In this document: one piece after another, positions 8,498 through 18,501 of the stretch
How positions within the stretch are numbered: position 1 is the stretch's first letter
Layout: each line of letters starts with the position of its first letter
From: a virus
Strand: one strand, 5' to 3'
Length of the DNA: 59,466 nt
Virus record (IMG/VR): IMGVR_UViG_3300017762_000005
Position numbers and translations under genes: made by a program
The notes under the pieces: generated by a model
The model's database searches: none
What the model was told of the DNA's origin: nothing
The model's input: only the letters and a program-made list of their open reading frames with translations

Positions 8498-8959
8498 ATG
8501 GCTATAACAACAAACGCAATATGTAATACTTTTAAAAAAGAATTACTTCAAGGAAAACACGACTTTGATACATCATCTGACACTTACAAGTTAGCGATGT
8601 ACACAAGTTCAGCGACTTTAGGAAAATCAACAGAAAACTATTCTACTAACCCAGGCGGTGGATCAAACACTGAAGTTACTTCATCAAACTACACAGCAGG
8701 TGGAAAAGCTTTGGTAAACCAAGGTGTAAAAGTTTCATCTTCAGTAGCTATTACTGATTTTGCTGATCTAAGTTTTCAAAACGTAACTCTTACTGCAAGA
8801 GGTGCTTTGATTTACAATACAACTACAGACGGTGGTTCAAATACTACTGACGCTGTTGCTGTATTAGATTTTGGTAGTGATAAAACTGCAACATCTGGAA
8901 CATTTACTATTCAATTCCCAGCATTCACAACATCTGCTGCGATATTAAGAATAGCATAA
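8498..8959 (+). CDS. Conserved phage structural protein (beta-rich, Thr/Ser-rich)
   Basis: 153-aa ORF with aaaggag RBS. The N-terminus 'FKKELLQGKHDF...YKLAMYTSSATL' is typical of small tail or fibre-associated proteins. Confidence 0.55.
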   Translation: MAITTNAICNTFKKELLQGKHDFDTSSDTYKLAMYTSSATLGKSTENYSTNPGGGSNTEVTSSNYTAGGKALVNQGVKVSSSVAITDFADLSFQNVTLTARGALIYNTTTDGGSNTTDAVAVLDFGSDKTATSGTFTIQFPAFTTSAAILRIA

Positions 8960-8980
8960 TAATTATGGGAGCCCGATCTA

Positions 8981-10420
8981 GTGACAACAAAAACATTTAC
9001 TGTTACAGTTTCTAATCCTGGATCGGGCAACAAATATTATTTAGATAGTGTACTAACCCCTACTATCTCATTAGCAAAAGGGGCTACTTATAAATTTGAT
9101 CAATCTGATGCATCTAACAATACTCATCCCTTAGTATTTTCATCAGATTCTGGAAACTCAACTCCATATACAGATGGAGTTACTACAAGTGGGACTCCAG
9201 GACAATCAGGAGCTTTTACACAAATTGTTGTAGCAAATACAGCACCTGCTTCACTATATTATTATTGTTCTAATCACGCTGGTATGGGTGGCCAAGCTAA
9301 TATTACTTCAAATACTTGGGGTGCATTAGATTGGGGACAAGGAAGTTGGGCAGCTCAAGGTGATGTAGGCTTATCTGTTAGTGGAATAGCTGCAACTTTT
9401 AGTATTGGAAACACAACAGTCGATGCTGACATTCAAGTTGGTTGGGGTGGAGATACATGGGGTGAAAATGAATGGGGAGACCTTTCTGGAACTAATCCTA
9501 TATTAGCTGGACAACAATTAACTTCTACAATTGGTTCTGTATCAGAATTAATTGTTGCTGAAGGTTCGGTAGATGTAACTGGAATACAATTAGCTTTTGG
9601 AACGCCAACTGCCGTTGGTGGTTCATCTGTGGATGTAACTTTAACTGGTTTAGAATTAACTTCTGCTATGGGAGAAGAAACAATTGGTATTGGAGCCAAT
9701 GTTACTGGATCACAAGCAACAACTACTTCTGGATCAGTTACTATTGATCCTACTTTTTTAATTGGTGAAGGTTGGGGCAGAGATACTTGGGGTATTTTAG
9801 GTTGGGGTGTAAATTATTCTGCATTAGCACAAATGAGTGCTTTAACTTCTACGATTAATTTCCCAGCTGCAAACGCATTCACTGATGTAGAAGTTTCTGT
9901 TAGTGGAACAGCATTAACAATGACTTTCGCAAATCCATCCTTCTCTATTATAAGTGATGTTGGTATAACTGTACTTGCTTCTGAAGATCAATTAGATGCA
10001 GAAATTGGATCAATCTCTTCTGTTGTTGGAACCACTACAGTAGATTTGACTGGTGTACAAGCAACTATGTCTCAAGGAAACACAGTTGGTGGATTAAAAA
10101 CTCCAGTAGATGTAACTGGAATTCAAGCTACGATGACTCTAGGAACAACGGCTCTTGTACAAACAACAGTTGAGCAACCGACTGGAATTCAAGCTACGAT
10201 GAGTCTTGGACAAACAGAAGATATTCCGGGTCAAAATCAAGGTGTTATTGGACAAGAATTATTATCATTAATAGGTCAAGCAACTGTCACTGGTATTGCA
10301 AATGTGACTGTTAGTGGTATAGAATTGACAAGCTCTGTTGGTAGTACTAATATAACAGCATGGTCTGAAGTAGATCCAGGAGTAAATAATGTTTGGTCAG
10401 AGGTTGATCTAGCAGCATAA
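8981..10420 (+). CDS. Fibre-like protein: N-terminal cupredoxin (type-1 copper) domain plus repetitive beta-rich shaft
   Basis: GTG start. 'THPLVF' and 'YYYCSNHAGMGG' give H...C-x2-H-x2-M. Repeated 'TG(I/V)QATM(S/T)(L/Q)G' units and WG-x3-WG motifs follow. Confidence 0.6.
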   Translation: MTTKTFTVTVSNPGSGNKYYLDSVLTPTISLAKGATYKFDQSDASNNTHPLVFSSDSGNSTPYTDGVTTSGTPGQSGAFTQIVVANTAPASLYYYCSNHAGMGGQANITSNTWGALDWGQGSWAAQGDVGLSVSGIAATFSIGNTTVDADIQVGWGGDTWGENEWGDLSGTNPILAGQQLTSTIGSVSELIVAEGSVDVTGIQLAFGTPTAVGGSSVDVTLTGLELTSAMGEETIGIGANVTGSQATTTSGSVTIDPTFLIGEGWGRDTWGILGWGVNYSALAQMSALTSTINFPAANAFTDVEVSVSGTALTMTFANPSFSIISDVGITVLASEDQLDAEIGSISSVVGTTTVDLTGVQATMSQGNTVGGLKTPVDVTGIQATMTLGTTALVQTTVEQPTGIQATMSLGQTEDIPGQNQGVIGQELLSLIGQATVTGIANVTVSGIELTSSVGSTNITAWSEVDPGVNNVWSEVDLAA

Positions 10421-10457
10421 GTAAGGTAAAATTATAATTATTTAGGAGAACAAAATT

Positions 10458-11711
10458 ATGGCTTCAAGTTATTCAGCAGATTTAAAATTAGAACTTATGG
10501 TAACTGGCGAAAATGCTGGTACATGGGGTGATAATACAAATGAAAATTTAAAATTAGTTCAACAAGCAATAGCTGGTTATGAAGCAGTTGCATTATCAAA
10601 TGGTGGAACTGTGGCTCTTGCAATGTCTGATGGAGCATTATCAAACGCAAGAAATATGGTAATTAAATTTACTGGAACCTTAACAGGTGCATCAGTAGTA
10701 ACAATTCCAAATTCAATTGAAAAATTTTATATTTTTGATTTATCCGCAGTTGGTGGAATAACTAATCTTACAATTAAAACTGTAAGTGGAACAGGGTTTA
10801 CTCCTGCTGAAGCAAAAATAGTTGCAGCTTATTCTGACGGAACAAATTTAAATGAGATAGCATTAGACACATTAGGTGGAACTATTGGAACTGCACAAAT
10901 TGCTGATGATGCAGTGACTAACGCAAAAATAGCTGATGATGCTGTAAGAGCCGCACAGATTTCAAACAACGCAGTTGTAACTGCAGGAATTTTAGATGCG
11001 AATGTAACTACGGCTAAAATTGCCGATGACGCAGTAACGACAGCCAAAATTTTAGATGACAATGTAACTGCTGGTAAATTAGCAGATACTTCAGTGACTG
11101 CAGGATCATATACACTTGCATCAATTACAGTAGATGCACAAGGAAGATTAACTGCTGCCTCAACAGGTGCGGCTGGTGGAGCAAATATGATTTTGACGAG
11201 ATCAGAAAAAGGACCTAATAGTGGAAACCACGTTGCACAACCAAACGCTACAAAAATTTTAGCTTACTGTTTAGGTGGCGGTGGTCCCGGTGGCCGAGGT
11301 GCTTTTAACTCACCAGGAGTTGGTGGACAAGGTGGAACTGGTGGCGGAGGAGCATTCTTAATTCCAATATCACAACCTTCTACATCAGCTTATGTTGTAG
11401 GTGGTGCTGCTGCAACTACTACTTTTGGAAATAATGCAACAGGTGGAGCAGGAAATGGTGGACAAGCAGTAACCCCTCCCGGTGGACCTCCAGGAAACCC
11501 AGGTAACACGGGGACTTCAACTGGAAACCATTTAGTTGTAGATTATGGCCCAGGTAATTTTGGTGGTAACTTTGTAGCCACTTTAGCTGGAAATATACCT
11601 TCCATAAATGGTGGTGGAAATGGTGGTGGTGCACAAACAACAAACCCTAATTTTCCAGGACAACCAGGACAACCGGGTGCACTAATAATCTACGAAGATT
11701 TAGGAGCATAA
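10458..11711 (+). CDS. Tail fibre protein
   Basis: N-terminus 'LKLELMVTGENAGTWGDNTNENL', about 6.5 copies of an 11-aa repeat (KIADDAVTxA), and a Gly/Pro-rich C-terminus with X-P-G runs. Confidence 0.75.
   Translation: MASSYSADLKLELMVTGENAGTWGDNTNENLKLVQQAIAGYEAVALSNGGTVALAMSDGALSNARNMVIKFTGTLTGASVVTIPNSIEKFYIFDLSAVGGITNLTIKTVSGTGFTPAEAKIVAAYSDGTNLNEIALDTLGGTIGTAQIADDAVTNAKIADDAVRAAQISNNAVVTAGILDANVTTAKIADDAVTTAKILDDNVTAGKLADTSVTAGSYTLASITVDAQGRLTAASTGAAGGANMILTRSEKGPNSGNHVAQPNATKILAYCLGGGGPGGRGAFNSPGVGGQGGTGGGGAFLIPISQPSTSAYVVGGAAATTTFGNNATGGAGNGGQAVTPPGGPPGNPGNTGTSTGNHLVVDYGPGNFGGNFVATLAGNIPSINGGGNGGGAQTTNPNFPGQPGQPGALIIYEDLGA
10890..11108 (+). repeat. In-frame 33-bp (11-aa) tandem repeats inside the tail fibre gene
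   Basis: AQIADDAVTNA / KIADDAVRAAQ / ISNNAVVTAG / ILDANVTTA / KIADDAVTTA / KILDDNVTAG / KLADTSVTAG. Confidence 0.75.
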
Positions 11712-11712
11712 C

Positions 11713-12138
11713 ATGGCAAAAATATTATTAGATAACGGAAATTTTTTAGTAATATCAAAATCTGATGCAGACGCTGCAGATGCAAATATTGCTTCACACT
11801 TAAAAACTGAAATTGATATTTCAGATAGTGATTTTAATAGTTATGTTACAAATCAAAAAAATGTAACTATTGATGGGTCGACTGCAACTTTCACAGATTT
11901 TGAATCAGAATCAACAATGCCAGATGAAGCTGGTTTACAAAATAAATTTGATATATTTACTACTAGAGCAAATGATTATTTGAGAGGTAATAGTTCAAAA
12001 CAATTTGGTGTAAGATTAAAAGCATATGTAGATTATCTTTTAACAGTTGATAAAAGTTCTCTTACTTATCCTATAAATTGGGAAAAACATTGTTCAGATA
12101 ATTCTATTGATTTTGTACATATACAAGAAATTGGCTAG
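11713..12138 (+). CDS. Hypothetical protein downstream of the tail fibre (fibre chaperone or accessory?)
   Basis: 141-aa ORF starting 2 nt after the fibre stop. Confidence 0.55.
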   Translation: MAKILLDNGNFLVISKSDADAADANIASHLKTEIDISDSDFNSYVTNQKNVTIDGSTATFTDFESESTMPDEAGLQNKFDIFTTRANDYLRGNSSKQFGVRLKAYVDYLLTVDKSSLTYPINWEKHCSDNSIDFVHIQEIG

Positions 12139-12179
12139 TAAAACTTGATTTTTAAAATAATTAGTAGTAATACTAATTT

Positions 12180-12932
12180 ATGTTAGAGAAACAAATTGAG
12201 TTTATTGCACCTAAATCATATTTTAATTTAAAACAAGATTATCCAAAACCTATTAAATTAAACATACCTGACTGGTATAAAAAACTAGAGCATTCTGTAA
12301 ACAATAGAACAATTAAGGGATGTATTCCTGTATTAGACAGTTTGACTTTTGGTTATTCCTTATCAATACCAGTTGATATTACTATTCATCACAATGTTAC
12401 TAACAAAGACAAAAATGGAAAAGAATTTAAAGATTCTTTTTATGGGTGTCCTATTGAAAAAAATATGCCAAGTGAAGGTATAAATATTAATGATGGAACT
12501 CATTTTTCTAACCATCCTATAGGACAATTAAAAGGTTCTCCACATGTTGAAAAAAATAAAAATTTACCATTTTATAAAATTTCTAATCCTTGGATAATAA
12601 AAACACCACCTGGTTATTCTTGTTTATTTGTTCCTCCATTAAATAATGCAGACGATAGGTTTACTATTATACCTGCTATTGTAGATACGGATACTTTTCA
12701 TAAAGAAATAAATTTTCCTATAGTATTAAATGGTGATAAATATCCTAATCTTGAAACAACACTTAAAAAGGGTACGCCTTATGTACAAGTAATACCTTTT
12801 AAAAGAGATAATTGGAAAATGAAATTATCAACTATGGAGGAAAGAAAAAATAGGCTTAATAATTTTTTGTATCCTTTAAGAATACTTCATACATATAAAC
12901 TAGATTTTTGGAATAAAAAATCATGCAAGTAA
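12180..12932 (+). CDS. Conserved phage protein, function unknown (first gene of the oxygenase island)
   Basis: 250-aa ORF with 'IPDWYKKL...IKGCIPVLDSL' and 'IIPAIVDTDTF..INFP'. A cupin-like fold is only a guess. Confidence 0.55.
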   Translation: MLEKQIEFIAPKSYFNLKQDYPKPIKLNIPDWYKKLEHSVNNRTIKGCIPVLDSLTFGYSLSIPVDITIHHNVTNKDKNGKEFKDSFYGCPIEKNMPSEGININDGTHFSNHPIGQLKGSPHVEKNKNLPFYKISNPWIIKTPPGYSCLFVPPLNNADDRFTIIPAIVDTDTFHKEINFPIVLNGDKYPNLETTLKKGTPYVQVIPFKRDNWKMKLSTMEERKNRLNNFLYPLRILHTYKLDFWNKKSCK

Positions 12933-13501
12933 AGTCTTATGAATTAGGCCAGTATGTAAAATTAGTAGATGGAATCTTTTCTGAAAAAATGTTAGATACA
13001 TTTTATAGAGTATGTAAAGAAGTTAATTTTGAAGATTCACTTGTGGGTGGAGGAGAAGGAATAGTTAATAAAGAAATTAGAAATACTTTAGTACTTCCAT
13101 TAAGTAAATATCAAAAAAATTTAACTTTAGTACATTGGTCAAATTATTTTGCTAACAAATTAAATAATGCAATTGTAAATCATTATTTACCTATTGTACC
13201 CCACCTAGCTATAAATCCAGTTCAAGATATACAGCTTTTAAAATATGAAGAGGGTGGATTTTATAAACCTCACGTTGATCATTTTAATGCTATACCTAGA
13301 ACATTAAGTATTGTAACATTTATAAATGATGATTACCAAGATGGTCATTTTGAAATGTTTTCTCCAGATGAAAAACATTCACAAAAGGTAGAACCTAAAA
13401 AAGGTAGAACAATTATGTTTCCTTCAAATTTTTTATATCCCCATAAGGCTAATGTGGTCAAAGGGGGTACAAGATATGCTATGGTAGCTTGGTGTTTATA
13501 A
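12923..13501 (+). CDS. 2OG-Fe(II) oxygenase, prolyl 4-hydroxylase-like
   Basis: 'KPHVDHF' (HxD), 'DYQDGHFEMF', 'YPHKANVV' (distal His), 'GTRYAMVAW' (2OG-binding Arg). Confidence 0.8.
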   Translation: MQVKSYELGQYVKLVDGIFSEKMLDTFYRVCKEVNFEDSLVGGGEGIVNKEIRNTLVLPLSKYQKNLTLVHWSNYFANKLNNAIVNHYLPIVPHLAINPVQDIQLLKYEEGGFYKPHVDHFNAIPRTLSIVTFINDDYQDGHFEMFSPDEKHSQKVEPKKGRTIMFPSNFLYPHKANVVKGGTRYAMVAWCL

Positions 13502-13502
13502 T

Positions 13503-14063
13503 ATGAAAATAAAACAAGATTTTAAATATAAGATAGTAAAAAATTTTCTGACTAAGGAAGAAATAGGTTTATTAAAAGATTATGCTATATTAAGACATAG
13601 ACATAACACTTCTGAATTTGATGATGCACAAAGTAATAATGTTGCAGATTTTGCTACTTACGCAGATCCTATAATGGAATCTTTACTTCTTCAAAAGAAA
13701 ACATTAATGGAAAAAGAAACTGGTATAAATTTATTACCTACTTATTCTTTTTGGAGAATGTACACAAAATTTTCTGATTTACCTAAACACAAAGATAGAC
13801 CTTCTTGTGAAATAAGCACTACAGTTAATATTGCTTCTGATGGAACTACTTGGCCTATTTTTATGGATGGTAAGCCATTACATTTAGAAAGTGGAGATGC
13901 AGCTATTTACTTGGGAATGGAGTTAACACATTGGAGAGAAGAGTTTAAAGGAGATTGGTGTGCTCAAGTTTTTTTACACTATGTTGATAAAGATGGTCCT
14001 CATGCATCTTTTGTAAAAGATAAAAGAGAACATTGGGGAATGGCTAAAAATAAAGGAGAATAA
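13503..14063 (+). CDS. 2OG-Fe(II) oxygenase superfamily protein
   Basis: 'LPKHKDRPSCE' (HxD) and 'ELTHWREEF' (distal His) with jelly-roll spacing. Confidence 0.6.
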   Translation: MKIKQDFKYKIVKNFLTKEEIGLLKDYAILRHRHNTSEFDDAQSNNVADFATYADPIMESLLLQKKTLMEKETGINLLPTYSFWRMYTKFSDLPKHKDRPSCEISTTVNIASDGTTWPIFMDGKPLHLESGDAAIYLGMELTHWREEFKGDWCAQVFLHYVDKDGPHASFVKDKREHWGMAKNKGE

Positions 14064-14293
14064 TGAAAATAATAATGAACCCAAAAAATGGTTATTCAGA
14101 GTGGACATTTGATAAAAAAGAAATAAAGGCAATTAATAAACATGGTAAATTAATTTGTGAGCCTCAATTTATAAGACATTTTTCAAATGTTTTAATTAAG
14201 TTAGTGACAGATATTACTGTAAATCTAGATGAAGAAACTAGAAAAATTAATACTAAACCAAAAACAGCGAATAGACCTAACTCTGAATATTAA
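14063..14293 (+). CDS. Small hypothetical protein
   Basis: 76-aa ORF with TAATG overlap. Confidence 0.5.
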   Translation: MKIIMNPKNGYSEWTFDKKEIKAINKHGKLICEPQFIRHFSNVLIKLVTDITVNLDEETRKINTKPKTANRPNSEY

Positions 14294-14307
14294 ATAATCT
14301 AGTGATC

Positions 14308-14336
14308 TTCAATTAAAGGTCTAAAAATGTTATAAT
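14308..14336 (+). promoter_or_regulatory. Sigma70-like promoter with extended -10, placed for a leaderless transcript
   Basis: TTCAAT-N17-(TGt)TATAAT. The -10 ends 5 nt before ATG 14342, and no SD is present. Confidence 0.4.
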
Positions 14337-14341
14337 TCCAT

Positions 14342-16492
14342 ATGCCTTTAACAAACGTACAAATAAGACCAGGATTTAATAAACAGGTTACTGAAACAGG
14401 AGCTGAAGGTCAATGGACTGACGGTGATAATGTTAGATTTAGATATGGCCTTCCAGAAAAAATAGGTGGATGGCAAGAGATATTAGCCGATGAATTAATA
14501 GGTGCAGCTAGAGAACAATTGGTTTGGGCAGATTTAGATGGAAGAAGATATGCGGCTATTGGAACTAATAAAGTATTAGTTATATATTATGAAGGTGCTT
14601 TCTATGACATCACACCACTTGATAGTGCAAAAACTGGAGCAACATTTACTACTGTAAATAATGATGCAACAGTTACGGTAAATTTAATTTCACACAATTT
14701 AGTAGCTGGAGATTTATTTACATTTACTTCTGTAACTCCTCCTAGTGGAGCAGGATATGTAGCAGCAGACTTTACCACTAATACTTTTCAAGTAGTCACA
14801 GCCCCTACTAATAATACTTTTACAATTACGATGGCAGCTAATGCTGGAACTTCTGTAATCAACAGTGGTGCAGCTACAGTAAATCCTTATATTACTATTG
14901 GTCCTTTAAATCAAAGTGCTGGGTATGGATGGGGCACAGCCTCATGGGGCGGAGCTTCTGGTGTTATATCAACATTGAATGGAGCCTTACTAGATGATAC
15001 TGCTGGTACGGGAGGATCTGGAACATCAATAACCTTAACTTCGGTAACTGGTTTTCCTACATCTGGAACTATAAAGGTTGGGGCTGAATTTATTTCTTAC
15101 ACTGGAATCTCATCAAATGATTTAACAGGTATTACAAGAGCTGCCGCGGGTACGAGATCTGCACACTCAAACGGATCCTCAGTAGAATACTATACTGGTT
15201 GGGGAGAACAATCATTATCTTCATCAGTTATTCTAGATCCAGCTTCATGGTCACTAGATCATTTTGGAGAAAAATTAATAGCAACAGTTAAAAATGGTAA
15301 TACTTTTGAATGGGATCCTATTCACTCAGATCCAAATGGTTTATCAACAAGAGCAACTGTTGTAAGTAATGCACCTACAAAATCAATAATGTCTATTGTT
15401 TCAGAAAGAGATAGACATTTAATTATTCTTGGAACTGAAACAACTATTGGAACATTAAATACTTATGACCCAATGTTTATAAGATTTTCAGATCAAGAAA
15501 ATATTTCAGAATATGCACCTACTTCTACTAATACAGCTGGTACTTTTAGATTAGACTCTGGTGTAAAAATAATAGGAGCAGCTAAAGCAAAAGATTATAT
15601 TTTAATATTAACGGACACTTCTGCGTATGTAATGCAATTTGTTGGCCCACCTTTTACTTTTTCAATAAGGCAAGTAGGATCTAATTGTGGAGCCATTGGC
15701 CAACACTCTATTAAATATGTAAATGGAGCAGTTTGGTGGATGGGTCAAGCAGGAGGATTTTTTGTATACGATGGTACAGTTAAATCAGTTCCATGTTTAG
15801 TTGAAGATTTTGTATTTACTACAAAAGGAGATAATTTAGGAATTAATTATAATTCTGGTGAACTTGTTTATGCAGGTCTAAACCATTTATACGAAGAAAT
15901 AAATTGGTTTTATGCAAAAGATGGTTCTGAAAATATAGATAGAGTTGTTACCTATAACTATACAGAAAATACTTGGACTACGGGTTCTCTTGCAAGAACT
16001 ACTTGGCATGACTCTACTTTATATGATTTTCCTTATGCAACTGAATTTAACAAAGATTTCAATCCAAGTTTTCCAGTAGTACAAGGTGTTACAAATATTA
16101 ATGGTTCAACTAGATACTATGCCCATGAAATTGGTAATAACCAAGTATCATTTCAAGGTGCTAAGACTGCAATTGAAGCATTTATACAATCAGGAGACTT
16201 TGACTTATCTCAAGGAGGTGATGGTCAAATGTTTATGAGTATGAGAAGATTTGTTCCAGACTTTAAGTTGCTGACTGGTGATTGTCAAATTACAATTAAC
16301 TTAAGAAGATTTCCTAGTGATACTGCAACCTCCTCGCCTCTCGGACCTTTTACAGTTACAAGTTCTACGGAAAAAGTAGATACAAGAGCTAGATCTAGAT
16401 TTGCTAGTGTAAAAATTGCAAATACATCAACAGATCAAAATTGGAGATATGGTACTTTTAGAGTAGATGTTCAACCAGATGGAATGAGATAA
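14342..16492 (+). CDS. Large tail structural protein (nozzle or tail-hub-like)
   Basis: 716-aa ORF. N-terminus 'VQIRPGFNKQVTETGAEGQWTDGDNVRFRYGLPEKIGGW' is typical of podovirus tail proteins. Carries the module shared with 6491..7402. Confidence 0.6.
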   Translation: MPLTNVQIRPGFNKQVTETGAEGQWTDGDNVRFRYGLPEKIGGWQEILADELIGAAREQLVWADLDGRRYAAIGTNKVLVIYYEGAFYDITPLDSAKTGATFTTVNNDATVTVNLISHNLVAGDLFTFTSVTPPSGAGYVAADFTTNTFQVVTAPTNNTFTITMAANAGTSVINSGAATVNPYITIGPLNQSAGYGWGTASWGGASGVISTLNGALLDDTAGTGGSGTSITLTSVTGFPTSGTIKVGAEFISYTGISSNDLTGITRAAAGTRSAHSNGSSVEYYTGWGEQSLSSSVILDPASWSLDHFGEKLIATVKNGNTFEWDPIHSDPNGLSTRATVVSNAPTKSIMSIVSERDRHLIILGTETTIGTLNTYDPMFIRFSDQENISEYAPTSTNTAGTFRLDSGVKIIGAAKAKDYILILTDTSAYVMQFVGPPFTFSIRQVGSNCGAIGQHSIKYVNGAVWWMGQAGGFFVYDGTVKSVPCLVEDFVFTTKGDNLGINYNSGELVYAGLNHLYEEINWFYAKDGSENIDRVVTYNYTENTWTTGSLARTTWHDSTLYDFPYATEFNKDFNPSFPVVQGVTNINGSTRYYAHEIGNNQVSFQGAKTAIEAFIQSGDFDLSQGGDGQMFMSMRRFVPDFKLLTGDCQITINLRRFPSDTATSSPLGPFTVTSSTEKVDTRARSRFASVKIANTSTDQNWRYGTFRVDVQPDGMR

Positions 16493-16656
16493 TGGCAAGA
16501 GTAGATATAGTTATACCTGAACCTACACCAGTTTATACTGAAGATAACCAAAGACAAGTTGCTCAATCTTTACAAACATTAAAAGATAAGCTAAACACTT
16601 CTTATCAACAAGAATTAAAAAATGAACAAGATGCATTTAATTACTTTTTATCATGA
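16492..16656 (+). CDS. Small hypothetical protein (54 aa)
   Basis: TAATG overlap upstream and ATGA overlap downstream. Below the ORF-track cutoff. Confidence 0.5.
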   Translation: MARVDIVIPEPTPVYTEDNQRQVAQSLQTLKDKLNTSYQQELKNEQDAFNYFLS

Positions 16657-17003
16657 CTATAAGATATAAAAATCAAGGATATAAACAATCAGACACAAGC
16701 AAGACAACAGCTCTTACATGTCCTTCTAATGCAACAATAATTATTAAAAGTATTTATTGTTCTAACAATGATGGTTCATCAGCTATTCTAGTTAATATGA
16801 ATTTAGTAGACTCATCTGATTCAAGTGCTGAGTACGAATTTTTTAGAGATGACGTTGCTGCAAAATCTCAAGTAAATGCTGCACCACAAGGAATAAATTT
16901 AGAAGCAGGAGATGCAATCACAATTCAAGCAGCTACTGGAAGTAACAAAATTCAAGGTGCTATAAGTTATGCACAAATAGACAGATCTCAAGAGAATGGC
17001 TAA
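16653..17003 (+). CDS. Hypothetical protein
   Basis: 116-aa ORF, translationally coupled on both sides. Confidence 0.6.
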   Translation: MTIRYKNQGYKQSDTSKTTALTCPSNATIIIKSIYCSNNDGSSAILVNMNLVDSSDSSAEYEFFRDDVAAKSQVNAAPQGINLEAGDAITIQAATGSNKIQGAISYAQIDRSQENG

Positions 17004-17454
17004 AGAGCTATACTACGAAACAAAAATTTATAATAATATAATTAATAAAGTAAATGATGTTATAAACAAATATCCAATCAAAGGTAGAGTTGAAACTAAT
17101 GAACACTCTACTCATAATGGTTTTCAAACACATAATATATTAGATATTTTTCCAGAAGATATTCTGAAAGAAATTGTTCCTATAAATAATCTTTATAAAG
17201 ATATATTTCATCTTCATTATATTTCATATTTCAAAGGGGGTTTTCAAAGAGCCCATAATCATAGAAGAACAGAGAAGTTTTCATTTATTTTATATTTAAA
17301 TGATTCGGATGGAAGTACTGTTTTTAATAGTATTTCAAGAGAAGCAATACCAGCTAAAGGTAAATTAATCCTTTTCTCATCTAGCTTAATGCATTATAGT
17401 AAACCATCATATAAAGATAAAAAAATAATAGTTGGTGCTATTGGCAAAAAATGA
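16996..17454 (+). CDS. Putative 2OG-Fe(II) oxygenase (TIGR02466 / 2OG-FeII_Oxy_5-like)
   Basis: 'AHNHRRTEKFSFILYLND' and 'LILFSSSLMHYSKP'. Confidence 0.55.
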   Translation: MAKELYYETKIYNNIINKVNDVINKYPIKGRVETNEHSTHNGFQTHNILDIFPEDILKEIVPINNLYKDIFHLHYISYFKGGFQRAHNHRRTEKFSFILYLNDSDGSTVFNSISREAIPAKGKLILFSSSLMHYSKPSYKDKKIIVGAIGKK

Positions 17455-17894
17455 CAGAAATAGAAAATTTTTTACACCCAAACATTTGTAAGTATTTAAT
17501 AAATTTTTATAAAGAGAATTCAAGTCTTTCAAAAACTTTTAATAAAAGACATTGTCTTCATTTATTAGATTTAAATTATAATGACGCTACAGTACAAAAT
17601 GTTGTTAATAAATATAAACTAATTAGACCTAATCAATATTTAAAAAATATAGAATTAATTTTTTGGCCAGTAGGAGAATCACATGATTGGCATGATGATA
17701 CTATTTATTATGATTACACAACAATCACTTATCTAAATGATAATTATAAAGGTGGAGAAACAACTGTAGAAAAATATAAAATAAAACCAAAGACTGGTAA
17801 AATATGTTTATTCTCTTCTACTAAAAAGCATAAGGTTGATATACTCGAAGAAGGGTATCGTTATGTTATATTAGCGTGGTATAAAAATGGCTAA
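17451..17894 (+). CDS. 2OG-Fe(II) oxygenase, P4H-like
   Basis: 'WHDD' (HxD), 'NYKGGETTV', 'KKHKV', 'GYRYVILAW'. Confidence 0.7.
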   Translation: MTEIENFLHPNICKYLINFYKENSSLSKTFNKRHCLHLLDLNYNDATVQNVVNKYKLIRPNQYLKNIELIFWPVGESHDWHDDTIYYDYTTITYLNDNYKGGETTVEKYKIKPKTGKICLFSSTKKHKVDILEEGYRYVILAWYKNG

Positions 17895-18450
17895 TATAAT
17901 AAGTAAAATTATTTTTACTAAAAAAGAGGCTTCATTAATATCTAAATTTATTCTTGAAAATGAGAATACAATTAAAAGTTTAGGTCAATCTTCTTACGAT
18001 TTGACTAATAAAAATTCTTTAACAGGTACCTTCAGTTTTTTTAATTTTTTAAATTCTGAAATTGGTGGCTTGTTAAAAGAAAAAGTATTTAAATTTTTAA
18101 AAGAACAAAATATTTTTAAACCATTATATATACAATGTTGGGCAAATACTTTTAGAAAAAATGAAGGTATTGGTCTCCATAAACATGCGGAAGGGCTAGA
18201 AGAATATTTATGTGCTAATATATTTATTGATGGTGATGAAGATATTGGAACAACTTATGTTATAGATAATAATAATTATTATTTTAAAAATACTATAGGG
18301 GAAATAACTTTATTTAGTTCTCAAATTCCACATTTTGTAAGAAAAAACAAAAATGATAAAGTAAGAATTTCTGTAGCTATGGATATACACCAAAACAAAA
18401 ATACTGCAGGAGATGTAGAAAATAAAATAAGATATTATTATTATACCTAA
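17887..18450 (+). CDS. Putative 2OG-Fe(II) oxygenase / cupin
   Basis: 'GLHKHAEG...ANIFIDGD' and 'ITLFSSQIPHFV...RISVAMDI'. Confidence 0.5.
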   Translation: MANIISKIIFTKKEASLISKFILENENTIKSLGQSSYDLTNKNSLTGTFSFFNFLNSEIGGLLKEKVFKFLKEQNIFKPLYIQCWANTFRKNEGIGLHKHAEGLEEYLCANIFIDGDEDIGTTYVIDNNNYYFKNTIGEITLFSSQIPHFVRKNKNDKVRISVAMDIHQNKNTAGDVENKIRYYYYT

Positions 18451-18501
18451 CGATTGATCTTGAAAAAAGTTTACGATATGTTATTTTAATATGATATAAA
18501 A

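Noticed and set aside
9433-11643. Antisense ORFs inside the fibre genes (9433..9699, 10829..11062, 11419..11643)
   Set aside because: They are the complement of repetitive Gly/Ala/Thr-rich coding sequence. The repeat structure alone explains the lack of stops.
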